Assembly (NCBI GenBank): GCA_934660865.1
Contig: CAKUIA010000012.1
Span: 55,241-87,240 of the forward strand
DNA: 32,000 nt
Direction of reading: 5' to 3'
From: an uncultured Opitutales bacterium
GTDB taxonomy: Bacteria; Verrucomicrobiota; Verrucomicrobiia; Opitutales; Intestinicryptomonadaceae
Shown: positions 14,738 to 22,398 of the stretch, in pieces
How the letters are laid out: every line of letters starts with the position of its first letter
Position numbering within the stretch: the stretch's first letter is position 1
Made by a program: the position numbers and the translations under genes
The notes under the pieces: model-generated
Told to the model about the DNA's origin: nothing
Database searches by the model: none
Seen by the model: the letters and a program-made list of their open reading frames with translations, nothing else

Positions 14738-16969
14738 TTACAAATCGATGTCATAGCTGATTGTTTTGCAGGGAGGTTCTTCAGGAGGTTCTTCAGGAGG
14801 TTCTGGGGTGGTTGGAGGTATGGACTTGGTCGGAGCGGGATTGTCTGTAGGGCGAGTATTTTGTTGCGGCTTGGGGTAGTTCGTTATGGGCGATGGGGTG
14901 ATTTTTGGTTGAGGGTTAGGCGCCGGACGGGTGTATTGTGGCTGCGGTTGAAGCGGTTGTTTCGGTTGCGGGGTTCGGTGTGAGGGTATTGCGGTGGCTG
15001 TTTGGCGTAGTTGCTCTCTATCATATATAGAGGGGCTGGTAGAAATTGGTCTTGTGGGGTGGGTATTGTTTTGCGCGGGCGATGAACTTTTATTCATTTT
15101 CGCGGGACGGTTTACAATCTGCCGTTCTCGTGCGGCGGGTTGTTGTGAACGCTGCGGCTGTGTATGGATTGGGGTATGCGGCTGTTGTTGCTTTGACGGC
15201 ACGTCTGTTTGCGTTGGAGATGTATTATTGAGGCGCGATGTTGGTATTACTACCTTTCTTAGTTGAGATTGTGCCTCAATCGGCGTAAGAGTCGTCTTTG
15301 TCTGGATTGGTGTTTTGATCTTATCGGGTTTGGAGAGATGCGGTAACGGTTGATGTTGCGATTGTGTCCGTTGGGGTAACGGGATTGTTTGGTCGGATTG
15401 TGTTCTTGCCGAAGCTTGCGGGAGGGTATTTGTAATTTGATTTTTTACTGTAATTTTCTTCAACCCGAACGAGCGTAGTAGTGGCATCGCGTAGTCTTCT
15501 TTGCGGGGCAATGTTGTTTGGTCGTTCGAAATCAAAACAATCTTTGAACTTGTCGCGTTTACGGCTTTTATGAGTTTAAGGAAGTATTCGCAGCCGATAA
15601 AATCTGCGTTATCTAATATAAAGATTGAAGGAGATTGAATTTTGCCGATTTCGGCAAAGCGCGTCGGGGCGACATTAAAATTCTTGCGAACACGTATGCG
15701 ACTGGCGTTTAAATAGACAATCGGCACATTATTGGCATCCGCGAAGTGGTTCAGATTTTTAGTGAACGACGCCCCGCCGTCGTCGTTAACTTCAAAGATG
15801 GCACTCTGTTCGGAATACATATTTTGGTATCGGGCATCGGGGATTTCAATATCGGAAGAAAACGAGTCAAACGTGCGCGCTGAGGCTTTGGCAAATTCTT
15901 TTCGTAATTCTGTGTGCAAAGGCGGTTGATTGTCCTCCACCCCGCATAATCGGGCCGCCCAGTTTGCGATTTTGCAAAAAAGGTTTTGGGGCGTTTGTAG
16001 GACTTCTTGTTTGGTATTAATACCCTTCGGCGATGGATGTTTTTGCGGCGTTTTACCAATCATTCCTCGGGCAACCTTTGTTATCTGTTTGCCGCAGGCA
16101 ATTTTTATCTCTTTGCGAATGCGTCTTAACGCCGCTTTTGTCATACTGTCTGGGCGTTTGGGCTCTTTAAAGAGATTGGCGATTCTTGCGATTGCGCGTT
16201 TACCGTATTTCTTGTTCGGATTTTTTGCCTGTAATTCTTTTGCTTTGCTTTTTATCTGCTTGCTCCGCTTGCTGAACCTATCGCACAACGACTGTGGAAT
16301 TCCCGCGATGACCACTTCACCTTTTGTATCCAACGATGCTTCTATGCCTTTGCCTTTCAGGCGATCAACAAGCTTTTGGCGGTAAATCAATGTTGCTATT
16401 TGCGACTCGTTGTAGATTTCCAGCGGGTCCAAGGCTTTGTATTTTTGTTCGTTTTGGTCGTAAGTTAGATTAAAAATTTCGTAATGGCTGTGTAGTTGCG
16501 GGTCGTCCGCCCTGCTTAAAAGGTGCGTGATTTTCACGCCAAGAAAACTTCCCGTAGGTATGGAATAATTCGCCCCGTTCTTCCGAATTCTTACCATCGC
16601 CTTTTCTTCAATCCAACGCATGGCTTCGTCCGCCGCCTCTTCGTGGATTGTCATGAAATCGTTGTCTTTGCCGAGCATGTACACGGCAAGAATGGAAAAC
16701 GCTTTGGGTGCTGAGATGCACGCGCTGAAAATTTGGCGTTTGCATTCCCGCGGTCTTAACTTTGCTTTCGTAAGCGGGTGCTTGTTATCCAAGACGGATT
16801 TGAAGACATCCGCGGGGGAGCATTTTTCTATGCCAAGCTTCCCTGCAAGCTTGCCGAAAAGCTTCGCGTTTGTGCCGTTGTTCTTGTCGTAGCAGAAGTA
16901 CCCGAGCAGATCGTTTTCAAAATATCGAACGACCTGCTCCTTATTCATAAATTTTGATATTGTGAACAT
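14738..16969 (-). CDS. MOBF (TrwC/TraI-type) conjugative relaxase with a degenerate helicase remnant and a long Pro/Gln/Thr-rich tail
   Basis: The N-terminal domain follows the TrwC pattern: FSACISAPKAFSILA (TFSAPKSVS-like) and THLLSRADDPQLHSHYEIFNLT (histidine-triad region H..SR..DPqLHtH..v.N). IFILDNADFIG...KIVLISNDQT looks like decayed Walker B and GD-Q motifs of the AAA_30 helicase part. The last ~230 aa are low-complexity P/Q/T. Confidence 0.8.
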   Translation of the reverse strand: MFTISKFMNKEQVVRYFENDLLGYFCYDKNNGTNAKLFGKLAGKLGIEKCSPADVFKSVLDNKHPLTKAKLRPRECKRQIFSACISAPKAFSILAVYMLGKDNDFMTIHEEAADEAMRWIEEKAMVRIRKNGANYSIPTGSFLGVKITHLLSRADDPQLHSHYEIFNLTYDQNEQKYKALDPLEIYNESQIATLIYRQKLVDRLKGKGIEASLDTKGEVVIAGIPQSLCDRFSKRSKQIKSKAKELQAKNPNKKYGKRAIARIANLFKEPKRPDSMTKAALRRIRKEIKIACGKQITKVARGMIGKTPQKHPSPKGINTKQEVLQTPQNLFCKIANWAARLCGVEDNQPPLHTELRKEFAKASARTFDSFSSDIEIPDARYQNMYSEQSAIFEVNDDGGASFTKNLNHFADANNVPIVYLNASRIRVRKNFNVAPTRFAEIGKIQSPSIFILDNADFIGCEYFLKLIKAVNATSSKIVLISNDQTTLPRKEDYAMPLLRSFGLKKITVKNQITNTLPQASARTQSDQTIPLPQRTQSQHQPLPHLSKPDKIKTPIQTKTTLTPIEAQSQLRKVVIPTSRLNNTSPTQTDVPSKQQQPHTPIHTQPQRSQQPAARERQIVNRPAKMNKSSSPAQNNTHPTRPISTSPSIYDREQLRQTATAIPSHRTPQPKQPLQPQPQYTRPAPNPQPKITPSPITNYPKPQQNTRPTDNPAPTKSIPPTTPEPPEEPPEEPPCKTISYDIDL
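14772..14804. repeat. Tandem 12-nt repeat (ggaggttcttca, about 2.7 copies) encoding PPEEPPEEPPEE at the relaxase C-terminus
   Basis: Read directly from the sequence at 14772..14804. Confidence 0.8.
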
Positions 16970-17016
16970 GCCTTATGAGTTTAGGCATTTCTTTTTTAAA
17001 CAAACTTTGCGGTACT

Positions 17017-17158
17017 GACGGCTACGCCGTCTTAAATATCACGGGGTTTTTCTCGCGGGGATGCGTTGCATTCCCCGCTCGATGGGGACGCTACGCGTCC
17101 ATTAATTATCTACTTGTTTCGGAGTGCTACACTAACCCCTCCGACTTCCGTCGGAGGG
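17017..17158. other. Candidate oriT: a cluster of four short hairpins just upstream of the relaxase gene
   Basis: The hairpins are gacggc-tac-gccgtc (17017..17031), ggggatgc..gcattcccc (17057..17076, imperfect), ggacgc-tac-gcgtcc (17086..17100) and ccctccgac-ttcc-gtcggaggg (17137..17158, perfect 9 bp). They lie in the divergent region between the relaxase gene and the 17345 gene. Confidence 0.45.
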
Positions 17159-17344
17159 TAGAGCCCGCAGTTGTTGCCGTAATTTGGCTCGCCTAAATCA
17201 GGGCGAAATACCCCCTCCAGAAACCTTCATGCCCTTCCGTTTCCCTGCTGATTTTACCGAAACGATCGTTCCGCTAACTACCCCCCCCTGAAACTTTTTT
17301 GGGAATTTTCGCAAAGCCGAAGCCTTTTTCCTATAATAAGGACT

Positions 17345-18409
17345 ATGAATCGTAACCCTAACAATAAAAAAGGTATCCCGCAACAAATTGCGGGAAGTGT
17401 AGAAAACATAAAACACGCGATTGTGGAAACCCGCAATCACGTCTTAAATGCGGAGAAATTCGTAGAGAAAGGAAAAAGTTGCATCTTTGACTTGTGCATA
17501 GAACTTGTCTTGCTTGCCCGTTCGGCGAACAAAGCCCCCACTTATCGGTGGTTGTGGAAGGAGGTGTTTTGTCTTGATCAGAAAGAGGTCTGTCCCATAA
17601 AGCCAGACATATACAAAATCGCAAAGTCGCTCGGAGAAGTTTGCGTAAAACTTCAATCGCCGCGAAAGGAAAACTTACGCAATGTTGGCTGCTCACGTTG
17701 GCAGACAATACGAAAGGCGTTGAGCCGATATCCTAAAGACAAACGCGAAGTCATTTTGAATTCGTTGGCATCCGCCTCTTTTGACGAATGCGGGAAGGCA
17801 TTGGCACAAAAGGTCAACGCTACCGCAGCCGCCGCAAATATACAACCCGTGCAAAAAGAGAAAAGTAAACTCCAAAAGGTGAGGGATTCTTTTAACACAA
17901 CACTAAAAACTATAACGGACGATACCCAGTTAAAAGCTTTTGAGCTGTATATAGCTAATTTCAATGTTCCACAGTCTGCGATGCAAAACGATACTGCCGA
18001 TGAGGAGGGAAAAGCCACCGCTGCGCAACCGCAAGAACCGTCGCCCGAAAAATCGGCTACGCCGAATCAAACGCCAATGGAGGAAGACTTGGGTATTTCA
18101 ATACCAAACCCCATGAACGAAACCCCTACCATAAACACCCCCGCTACTACTATTCAACCGCAAGAAAACCCAACAGAGCCGTTTCCAATTCTTGACGGGC
18201 TTAGCGACCGTGAAAAGGCGGAAAAGATTCGGGTGTGGCTAACGAGACTTGAAGGGCGCGAAGCATACAAGCGAGATGCAAATGGCTATGAAATGAAAAT
18301 CGCGTGGGCCGTCGCAAAAGAAACGATACCCCTACAAGAAGTTGCCACACTTAAAACCCACGAAGACCTTCGCAAATTGGCGGAAAATTTTTACCCTGAA
18401 AAACGTTAG
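17345..18409 (+). CDS. Hypothetical protein (354 aa) with a central Pro/Thr/Gln-rich linker; first gene of the recombinase operon
   Basis: ATG ORF divergent from the relaxase gene. The next ORF starts 2 nt after its stop. No motif recognised. Confidence 0.6.
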   Translation: MNRNPNNKKGIPQQIAGSVENIKHAIVETRNHVLNAEKFVEKGKSCIFDLCIELVLLARSANKAPTYRWLWKEVFCLDQKEVCPIKPDIYKIAKSLGEVCVKLQSPRKENLRNVGCSRWQTIRKALSRYPKDKREVILNSLASASFDECGKALAQKVNATAAAANIQPVQKEKSKLQKVRDSFNTTLKTITDDTQLKAFELYIANFNVPQSAMQNDTADEEGKATAAQPQEPSPEKSATPNQTPMEEDLGISIPNPMNETPTINTPATTIQPQENPTEPFPILDGLSDREKAEKIRVWLTRLEGREAYKRDANGYEMKIAWAVAKETIPLQEVATLKTHEDLRKLAENFYPEKR

Positions 18410-18411
18410 AC

Positions 18412-18669
18412 GTGAGTTTTTCAAAATTACATTGCAATTCGGCTGGCTCGGATAAAGTTCGGGTTGTTGCCGAATTGTTCGCGCGAGCCGCCCACAGACT
18501 GGACGGTCGCAAAATAATAACCGCCGCAAAGCAAATAGAACATAAAACACAGTATCGCGGTCAGACAACGGAAATTGCAAAATCGTTGAAAGGTTCGCGT
18601 TCAACACGGTACAGGAATGCCCGAAAGATAATTAACGGCATATCGCAAGGAGGAATTGCAAATGGGTGA
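18412..18669 (+). CDS. Small putative HTH protein (85 aa, GTG start); possible recombination directionality factor or regulator
   Basis: The C-terminal TTEIAKSLKGSRSTRYRNARKI resembles the resolvase-type HTH pattern (ia..lgvSRsTvYRyl). It is tightly packed between two genes and overlaps the recombinase ATG by 8 nt. Confidence 0.35.
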   Translation: MSFSKLHCNSAGSDKVRVVAELFARAAHRLDGRKIITAAKQIEHKTQYRGQTTEIAKSLKGSRSTRYRNARKIINGISQGGIANG

Positions 18670-20683
18670 TTTTCTCCGAAAAATGATTTTGCAAGAGCGC
18701 AAGAATAATGACGTAAACGCCCAAATAAATGCGCTTGTGTATTTGCGTGTGTCTACCAACAGACAGGCGGCAAAAGAATTTTCATCCATTGACGCCCAGC
18801 GCAAGATGGTTGACGAATATGTTTCGCGGAATCCGAAAATACGCATTGTTGGCGAATATTCCGACGCAAAATCGGCCAAAGATACCAACCGGCGAGGTTT
18901 CCGCGAAATGCTTGCACGTATCGAACAGGGTGGAATTGACGCTGTAATCTGCTACAAAAATGACAGAGTTTGCCGCAATAAAACTAATTTTGCGGAACTA
19001 AAACAGTTTCTAAACGAACACGATGTCAGACTTATTTACAGCAATGATTTTTCCTCCGACGGTAGTCCGACAGGCGATTTTGCCGAAGACATTACGGTGA
19101 ATCTTTCCGAAATGGAGCGGCGGAAAATTTCCGAGCGCACCGCCCACAAATATTTGCAGAATCTAAAACGCGGATTCCGTTCAGGCGGTGTTGTTCCGTT
19201 TGGCTACAAAACGGGGCGAACAGCTTGCTCGATAGAAATAGACAAGGTAAATGCGGAGATTGTCCGCAAAATTTACTCCGAATTCCTATCCGGCGAAAAG
19301 CCGTCGGAAATTTCCGCACACCTTACAAAACGCTACGGGAAAATTCCGTTGCGGAAAACGCGTTCGGGGCGTCAACTCGGTGGCAAGCCGTTTAACGAAA
19401 ATTTTGTCCGCAAGGTTTTGGCAAATCCGATGTATTCGGGCTACAACTACATCAGCCTCGGGGTGGAAAATTCGCGACCAAAATACGAATTATTTAAAGG
19501 AGTCCATTCGCCGATTGTTAAAAAGTCGGAATGGGACAAAGTTCAGGAAAGCCTCTATTGTATCCCCAAACAAAGAAAGAGCGCGTCTGTAATTCCGAAC
19601 GAGGAATATTTGCTGAAAGGCTATCTGCGGTGTGCGTGTGGCAGTATGGTGACGGCGGCGTATACTGTCCGCAAAGGGCGAAAATATCCGTATTACATTT
19701 GCTCGCGCCGCAACAAGGAACATTCTGCGTGCGAATGCAAGGAAGGTGGAATTGCTCTTTCCGTGTTGGAGGGGGTTGTCTTTTCGGCGATAGGTTATTT
19801 TATGCGAGAAAAACTCTCCTCGGTTTCCCGCAACGGAGAATATCGCGAAGAACTGGAACGTAAAATAGCGGCATTGAGGACAGCCCGAGAACGGTTGCGC
19901 AAAAAAGTCGCCAGTGCAAACGACGAATATTTATCCTGTACTGACGAGTTGATGAAAGCGCATTTTAAGGAATCGCTTCGAATGCTTGTTGAAGAGGAAC
20001 GAAATTTGGAGCGAAAGTTGGGCGATACCGTAGAAGAGCAAAAGTTGCTCTCCGCGGCAGACACTGCAAACCAATCGCGGTCTGTATCGGCAAATATCTG
20101 CGATATGGATTTGCTGCAAAGTAATCTTATTCCCGAAGAAAAGAGAACCATTCTTGAAAACGCGATAGAAGGTCTTGTCATTTCGTCCGTGTCGCATAAA
20201 AGCCGTTTTTGCCGCGAAATGTCTTTGAAGGTTTTTCCTACACACGAGCTTGACGGGGTAATTCCCAAGTGTGATTTGCGTTTTATCGTGGATACATCAA
20301 GGGGCAAGTCGCTTTGGAAAATAATTAGCCCTTTTGAGATGCCGTGTAGCGCATTGATGGAAATGGGGAAAGAGCAAAAGTCCAAAACCGCCCGCCATTT
20401 TATTTGCGATGTTTTGGAGTGGCGGCGCGAAATTGAAATGCGGAAGATTACCGCAACGCGGTTTTGTACCGAGCATGGTATTAAGAAGTCGTTGTTCAGC
20501 CTAAAATACGGATTGCTCAAAAAGCTTTCGCCCAAAGTAGTGGAATTTTTAGCTAAAACGGGTTTCCCCGAGATACCCCAAAGAATGAGCTATCGCAAAA
20601 CATCGGAGCTTGCAAAATTGCCGCAAAGCGAACAGATGGTAGAGCTTCGCAAAATTTGCGGAAATTTGAATGTGCCAGTATAG
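18662..20683 (+). CDS. Large serine recombinase (ATG at 18662; the ORF track starts at TTG 18656)
   Basis: The resolvase catalytic domain reads ALVYLRVSTNRQ (nucleophile Ser) and GIDAVICYKNDRVCRN. The recombinase domain reads GGVVPFGYK. A Zn-ribbon (CACGSMVTAAY...YYICSRR...CEC) and a coiled-coil region follow. AGGAGG lies 8 nt upstream of the ATG at 18662. Confidence 0.9.
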   Translation: MGDFLRKMILQERKNNDVNAQINALVYLRVSTNRQAAKEFSSIDAQRKMVDEYVSRNPKIRIVGEYSDAKSAKDTNRRGFREMLARIEQGGIDAVICYKNDRVCRNKTNFAELKQFLNEHDVRLIYSNDFSSDGSPTGDFAEDITVNLSEMERRKISERTAHKYLQNLKRGFRSGGVVPFGYKTGRTACSIEIDKVNAEIVRKIYSEFLSGEKPSEISAHLTKRYGKIPLRKTRSGRQLGGKPFNENFVRKVLANPMYSGYNYISLGVENSRPKYELFKGVHSPIVKKSEWDKVQESLYCIPKQRKSASVIPNEEYLLKGYLRCACGSMVTAAYTVRKGRKYPYYICSRRNKEHSACECKEGGIALSVLEGVVFSAIGYFMREKLSSVSRNGEYREELERKIAALRTARERLRKKVASANDEYLSCTDELMKAHFKESLRMLVEEERNLERKLGDTVEEQKLLSAADTANQSRSVSANICDMDLLQSNLIPEEKRTILENAIEGLVISSVSHKSRFCREMSLKVFPTHELDGVIPKCDLRFIVDTSRGKSLWKIISPFEMPCSALMEMGKEQKSKTARHFICDVLEWRREIEMRKITATRFCTEHGIKKSLFSLKYGLLKKLSPKVVEFLAKTGFPEIPQRMSYRKTSELAKLPQSEQMVELRKICGNLNVPV

Positions 20684-20692
20684 CAAACGAGA

Positions 20693-20716
20693 AGTTTAAC
20701 ACTTTGTCTCATTTTT
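20693..20716. repeat. Right copy of the 24-bp direct repeat, agtttaacACtttgtctcattttt
   Basis: 22 of 24 nt match 1717..1740. It begins 9 nt downstream of the serine recombinase stop (20683). Confidence 0.7.
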
Positions 20717-20910
20717 GCGATTATGGCGGTTGAAGATAATCCCGATTTTGCCAAAAAAAGCGTTTTGGATTCGAACCCCGTTAAACTATCTCAAGTCAGA
20801 TTTTGGAGTTGGATTTTGCGGAAACGGGGCAACTGGCTTGCACGGTGGGAGTTAGTTACATTTTGTTAGAAATCAATATGTTATCCACAGTGGCGCAGCT
20901 ACGTGCTGAC

Positions 20911-20999
20911 ACAAAAAAAAACCGCTCAACCTTTCGGTATCGCGGCTTCTTCGTTTGCCGTGTTTAACACGGTTCGCTTTTCAACAACCCTCTGGCGTC
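20911..20999. repeat. Right copy of the ~89-bp att-like direct repeat, overlapping the tRNA-Glu 3' end and providing its downstream terminator-like structures
   Basis: It aligns with 902..990. On the minus strand the tRNA is followed by the hairpin ccgtg-ttaaa-cacgg, a second stem (ccgc..gcgg) and a run of nine T. Confidence 0.85.
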
Positions 21000-21069
21000 C
21001 CTGTGGGGATTCGAACCCCAGTCGTAAGAATGAAAATCTTATGTCCTAACCGGGCTAGACGACAGGGAC
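20993..21069 (-). tRNA. tRNA-Glu (anticodon UUC), with CCA encoded
   Basis: The reverse complement is GTCCCTG-TC-GTCT-AGCCCGGTTA-GGAC-A-TAAGA-TTTTCAT-TCTTA-CGAC-TGGGG-TTCGAAT-CCCCA-CAGGGAC-G-CCA. It folds into a full cloverleaf with a 7-bp acceptor stem, TTC at anticodon positions 34-36 and the 4-nt variable loop typical of bacterial tRNA-Glu. Confidence 0.93.
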
Positions 21070-21221
21070 GTAGCAGATTGTTAAAGTCCCCTATAGTGCG
21101 AAAAATTTTTTGCATTGCAAGCTTTTTTTGAAAAAAATTTGTTTTTTCATAAAAATTTTTTGCGGGCGTTTTTTTAATTGGCTTTAATGCCTTTGTTTTT
21201 GCGGGTTTTCGCCATTTCGGG

Positions 21222-21251
21222 CAAAAAAATAAGGCCCTCTAAGCGGGCCTT
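21222..21251 (-). terminator. Rho-independent terminator downstream of the DUF481 gene
   Basis: Stem aaggccc (21231..21237) pairs with gggcctt (21245..21251). The A-run at 21223..21229 reads as a T-run on the minus strand. Confidence 0.65.
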
Positions 21252-21280
21252 ATTTTGCGGAAAAATCTTAAACTTTTATA

Positions 21281-22324
21281 TTAGTCCCAACCTAGGGGAA
21301 CTTCCAGCGCGATAATAAAGCGCTGTTCCGTTTTAACCGAGCTGCCGGCATTGATACCGTCGTACTGGAAGGTATATCTTGCCGCCAAATCGAATACGGG
21401 AGTTGGCGATACTACCAAGCCCAACATAAAGTTGAATGTATATTCGCCGCCGTTTGTAAGGTTAATTTCGCCCGCCATTTTGTTTTCGATTCGCATCCAT
21501 TCGTGGAATTTCCAAACAAGGTCTTCGCCGGCAGTCATCATTGCAACATAGTGGTCGGTGTAGTTCTTTGCCTGTATATACTTTAAACCGGGACCGCCAT
21601 ATACGTTAATTATCAGGCTGTCGTCCAACATTTTAAATGTATAACCTGCGCCGATGATTTCGTTTATTTCGTGCTCTATGCCCTTAACCATATCTTTGCG
21701 GTAGGTAAGAGTGTTTGTAAAGAACCAGCCTTCGTCGGTGTTTAAGTCGCGTCTGTAAACTGCGCTTGCGCCGTACTTATCGGTAGAAGTATATTCGGGA
21801 CCAGTTACGGGGCTTTCCCTCGTATAGTCGTAGTAGGCGCCTAGGGCAAGAGAGTCTTTATCCCACTTTCTGTCGGCATTAACGCCAAGCGTATACGATG
21901 TATAGCTAGAATTTGTTTTCTTGTAATCCATACCCGCCCTGAATTTAACTTTCCAGCCGGCAAGGTAGGGGTTTACGGCTTCCACATACTGCTCGCGCCA
22001 GGACTTTTCCACCGTGCTTTGCTGGTCGTCTACCTTGGCTTCTTCGGCCGCCAGCGACTGCGAGGCGCTTGCCGTACCGCCGCCGCCCATAAGGCTTATG
22101 GCCTTGCTTTCAACGCTTTTTGCGGCTTGCGGCTCCATTCTTTCGGCAATCATTTCGCGCGGAACGCTTAAAACGCCGAATGCCGTTTTAACCACAACAG
22201 TGTCGGTATCCGATTCCTGAACTGCGCCGCTTATTTTGTCGCCGTTCGACAAAACAAGGGTTGTTGCCGATAGAATATTCGCCAAAAACAGCGCAGCAAT
22301 AGACAACAGTATTTTTCTAAACAT
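21281..22324 (-). CDS. DUF481-family (YdiY-like) outer-membrane beta-barrel protein
   Basis: The signal peptide is MFRKILLSIAALFLANILSA. An N-terminal LVLSNGDKISG motif is followed by alternating aromatic-rich beta-strand-like sequence ending in an aromatic-rich C-terminus (EVPLGWD). Confidence 0.55.
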   Translation of the reverse strand: MFRKILLSIAALFLANILSATTLVLSNGDKISGAVQESDTDTVVVKTAFGVLSVPREMIAERMEPQAAKSVESKAISLMGGGGTASASQSLAAEEAKVDDQQSTVEKSWREQYVEAVNPYLAGWKVKFRAGMDYKKTNSSYTSYTLGVNADRKWDKDSLALGAYYDYTRESPVTGPEYTSTDKYGASAVYRRDLNTDEGWFFTNTLTYRKDMVKGIEHEINEIIGAGYTFKMLDDSLIINVYGGPGLKYIQAKNYTDHYVAMMTAGEDLVWKFHEWMRIENKMAGEINLTNGGEYTFNFMLGLVVSPTPVFDLAARYTFQYDGINAGSSVKTEQRFIIALEVPLGWD

Positions 22325-22398
22325 AATGCTTTAAATATTTTTAAAATCGTGGGAAAATCTAACAACTGCCTTTATGGGTAGTCAACATATTTCCGCAA

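Larger units (their letters stand above)
981..20999. mobile_element. Composite integrated, mobilizable island at tRNA-Glu: a 600-bp decayed element remnant (991..1580) plus a ~19.4-kb element (1591..20989)
   Basis: It is bounded by direct repeats that include the tRNA 3' end, with a third internal core. It carries a relaxase, a candidate oriT, a coupling-protein-like ATPase and a serine recombinase, with a tyrosine integrase immediately outside the left repeat. No T4SS genes are present, and a GC-deviant cassette is nested inside. Confidence 0.7.

Noticed and set aside
19795-20535. A 246-aa minus-strand ORF, plus many similar ones (e.g. 4327..4758, 10663..11049, 26355..26828, 28316..28840, 31472..31969)
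   Set aside because: They are shadow ORFs wholly antisense to well-supported genes (recombinase, ATPase, helicase, LacI regulator, lyase, rhamnosidase). Their translations are low-complexity or Arg/Ser-rich with no motifs.
20761-20835. A possible second functional tRNA gene on the minus strand, suggested by the GGGGTTCGAATCC T-arm
   Set aside because: The flanking bases cannot form the T-stem (CGGGG vs CCAAA), no acceptor or anticodon stems can be drawn, and no CCA context exists. I kept it only as a relic-fragment observation.
21070-21230. A sigma-70 type promoter for the tRNA-Glu gene, and the repeated aaaaattttttgc tracts (about 21101 and 21151)
   Set aside because: A TTGCAA...TATAGG pair can be read on the minus strand, but the spacer is about 19 nt and the host promoter consensus is unknown. 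The A/T tracts may simply be intergenic composition. This is not strong enough to annotate.
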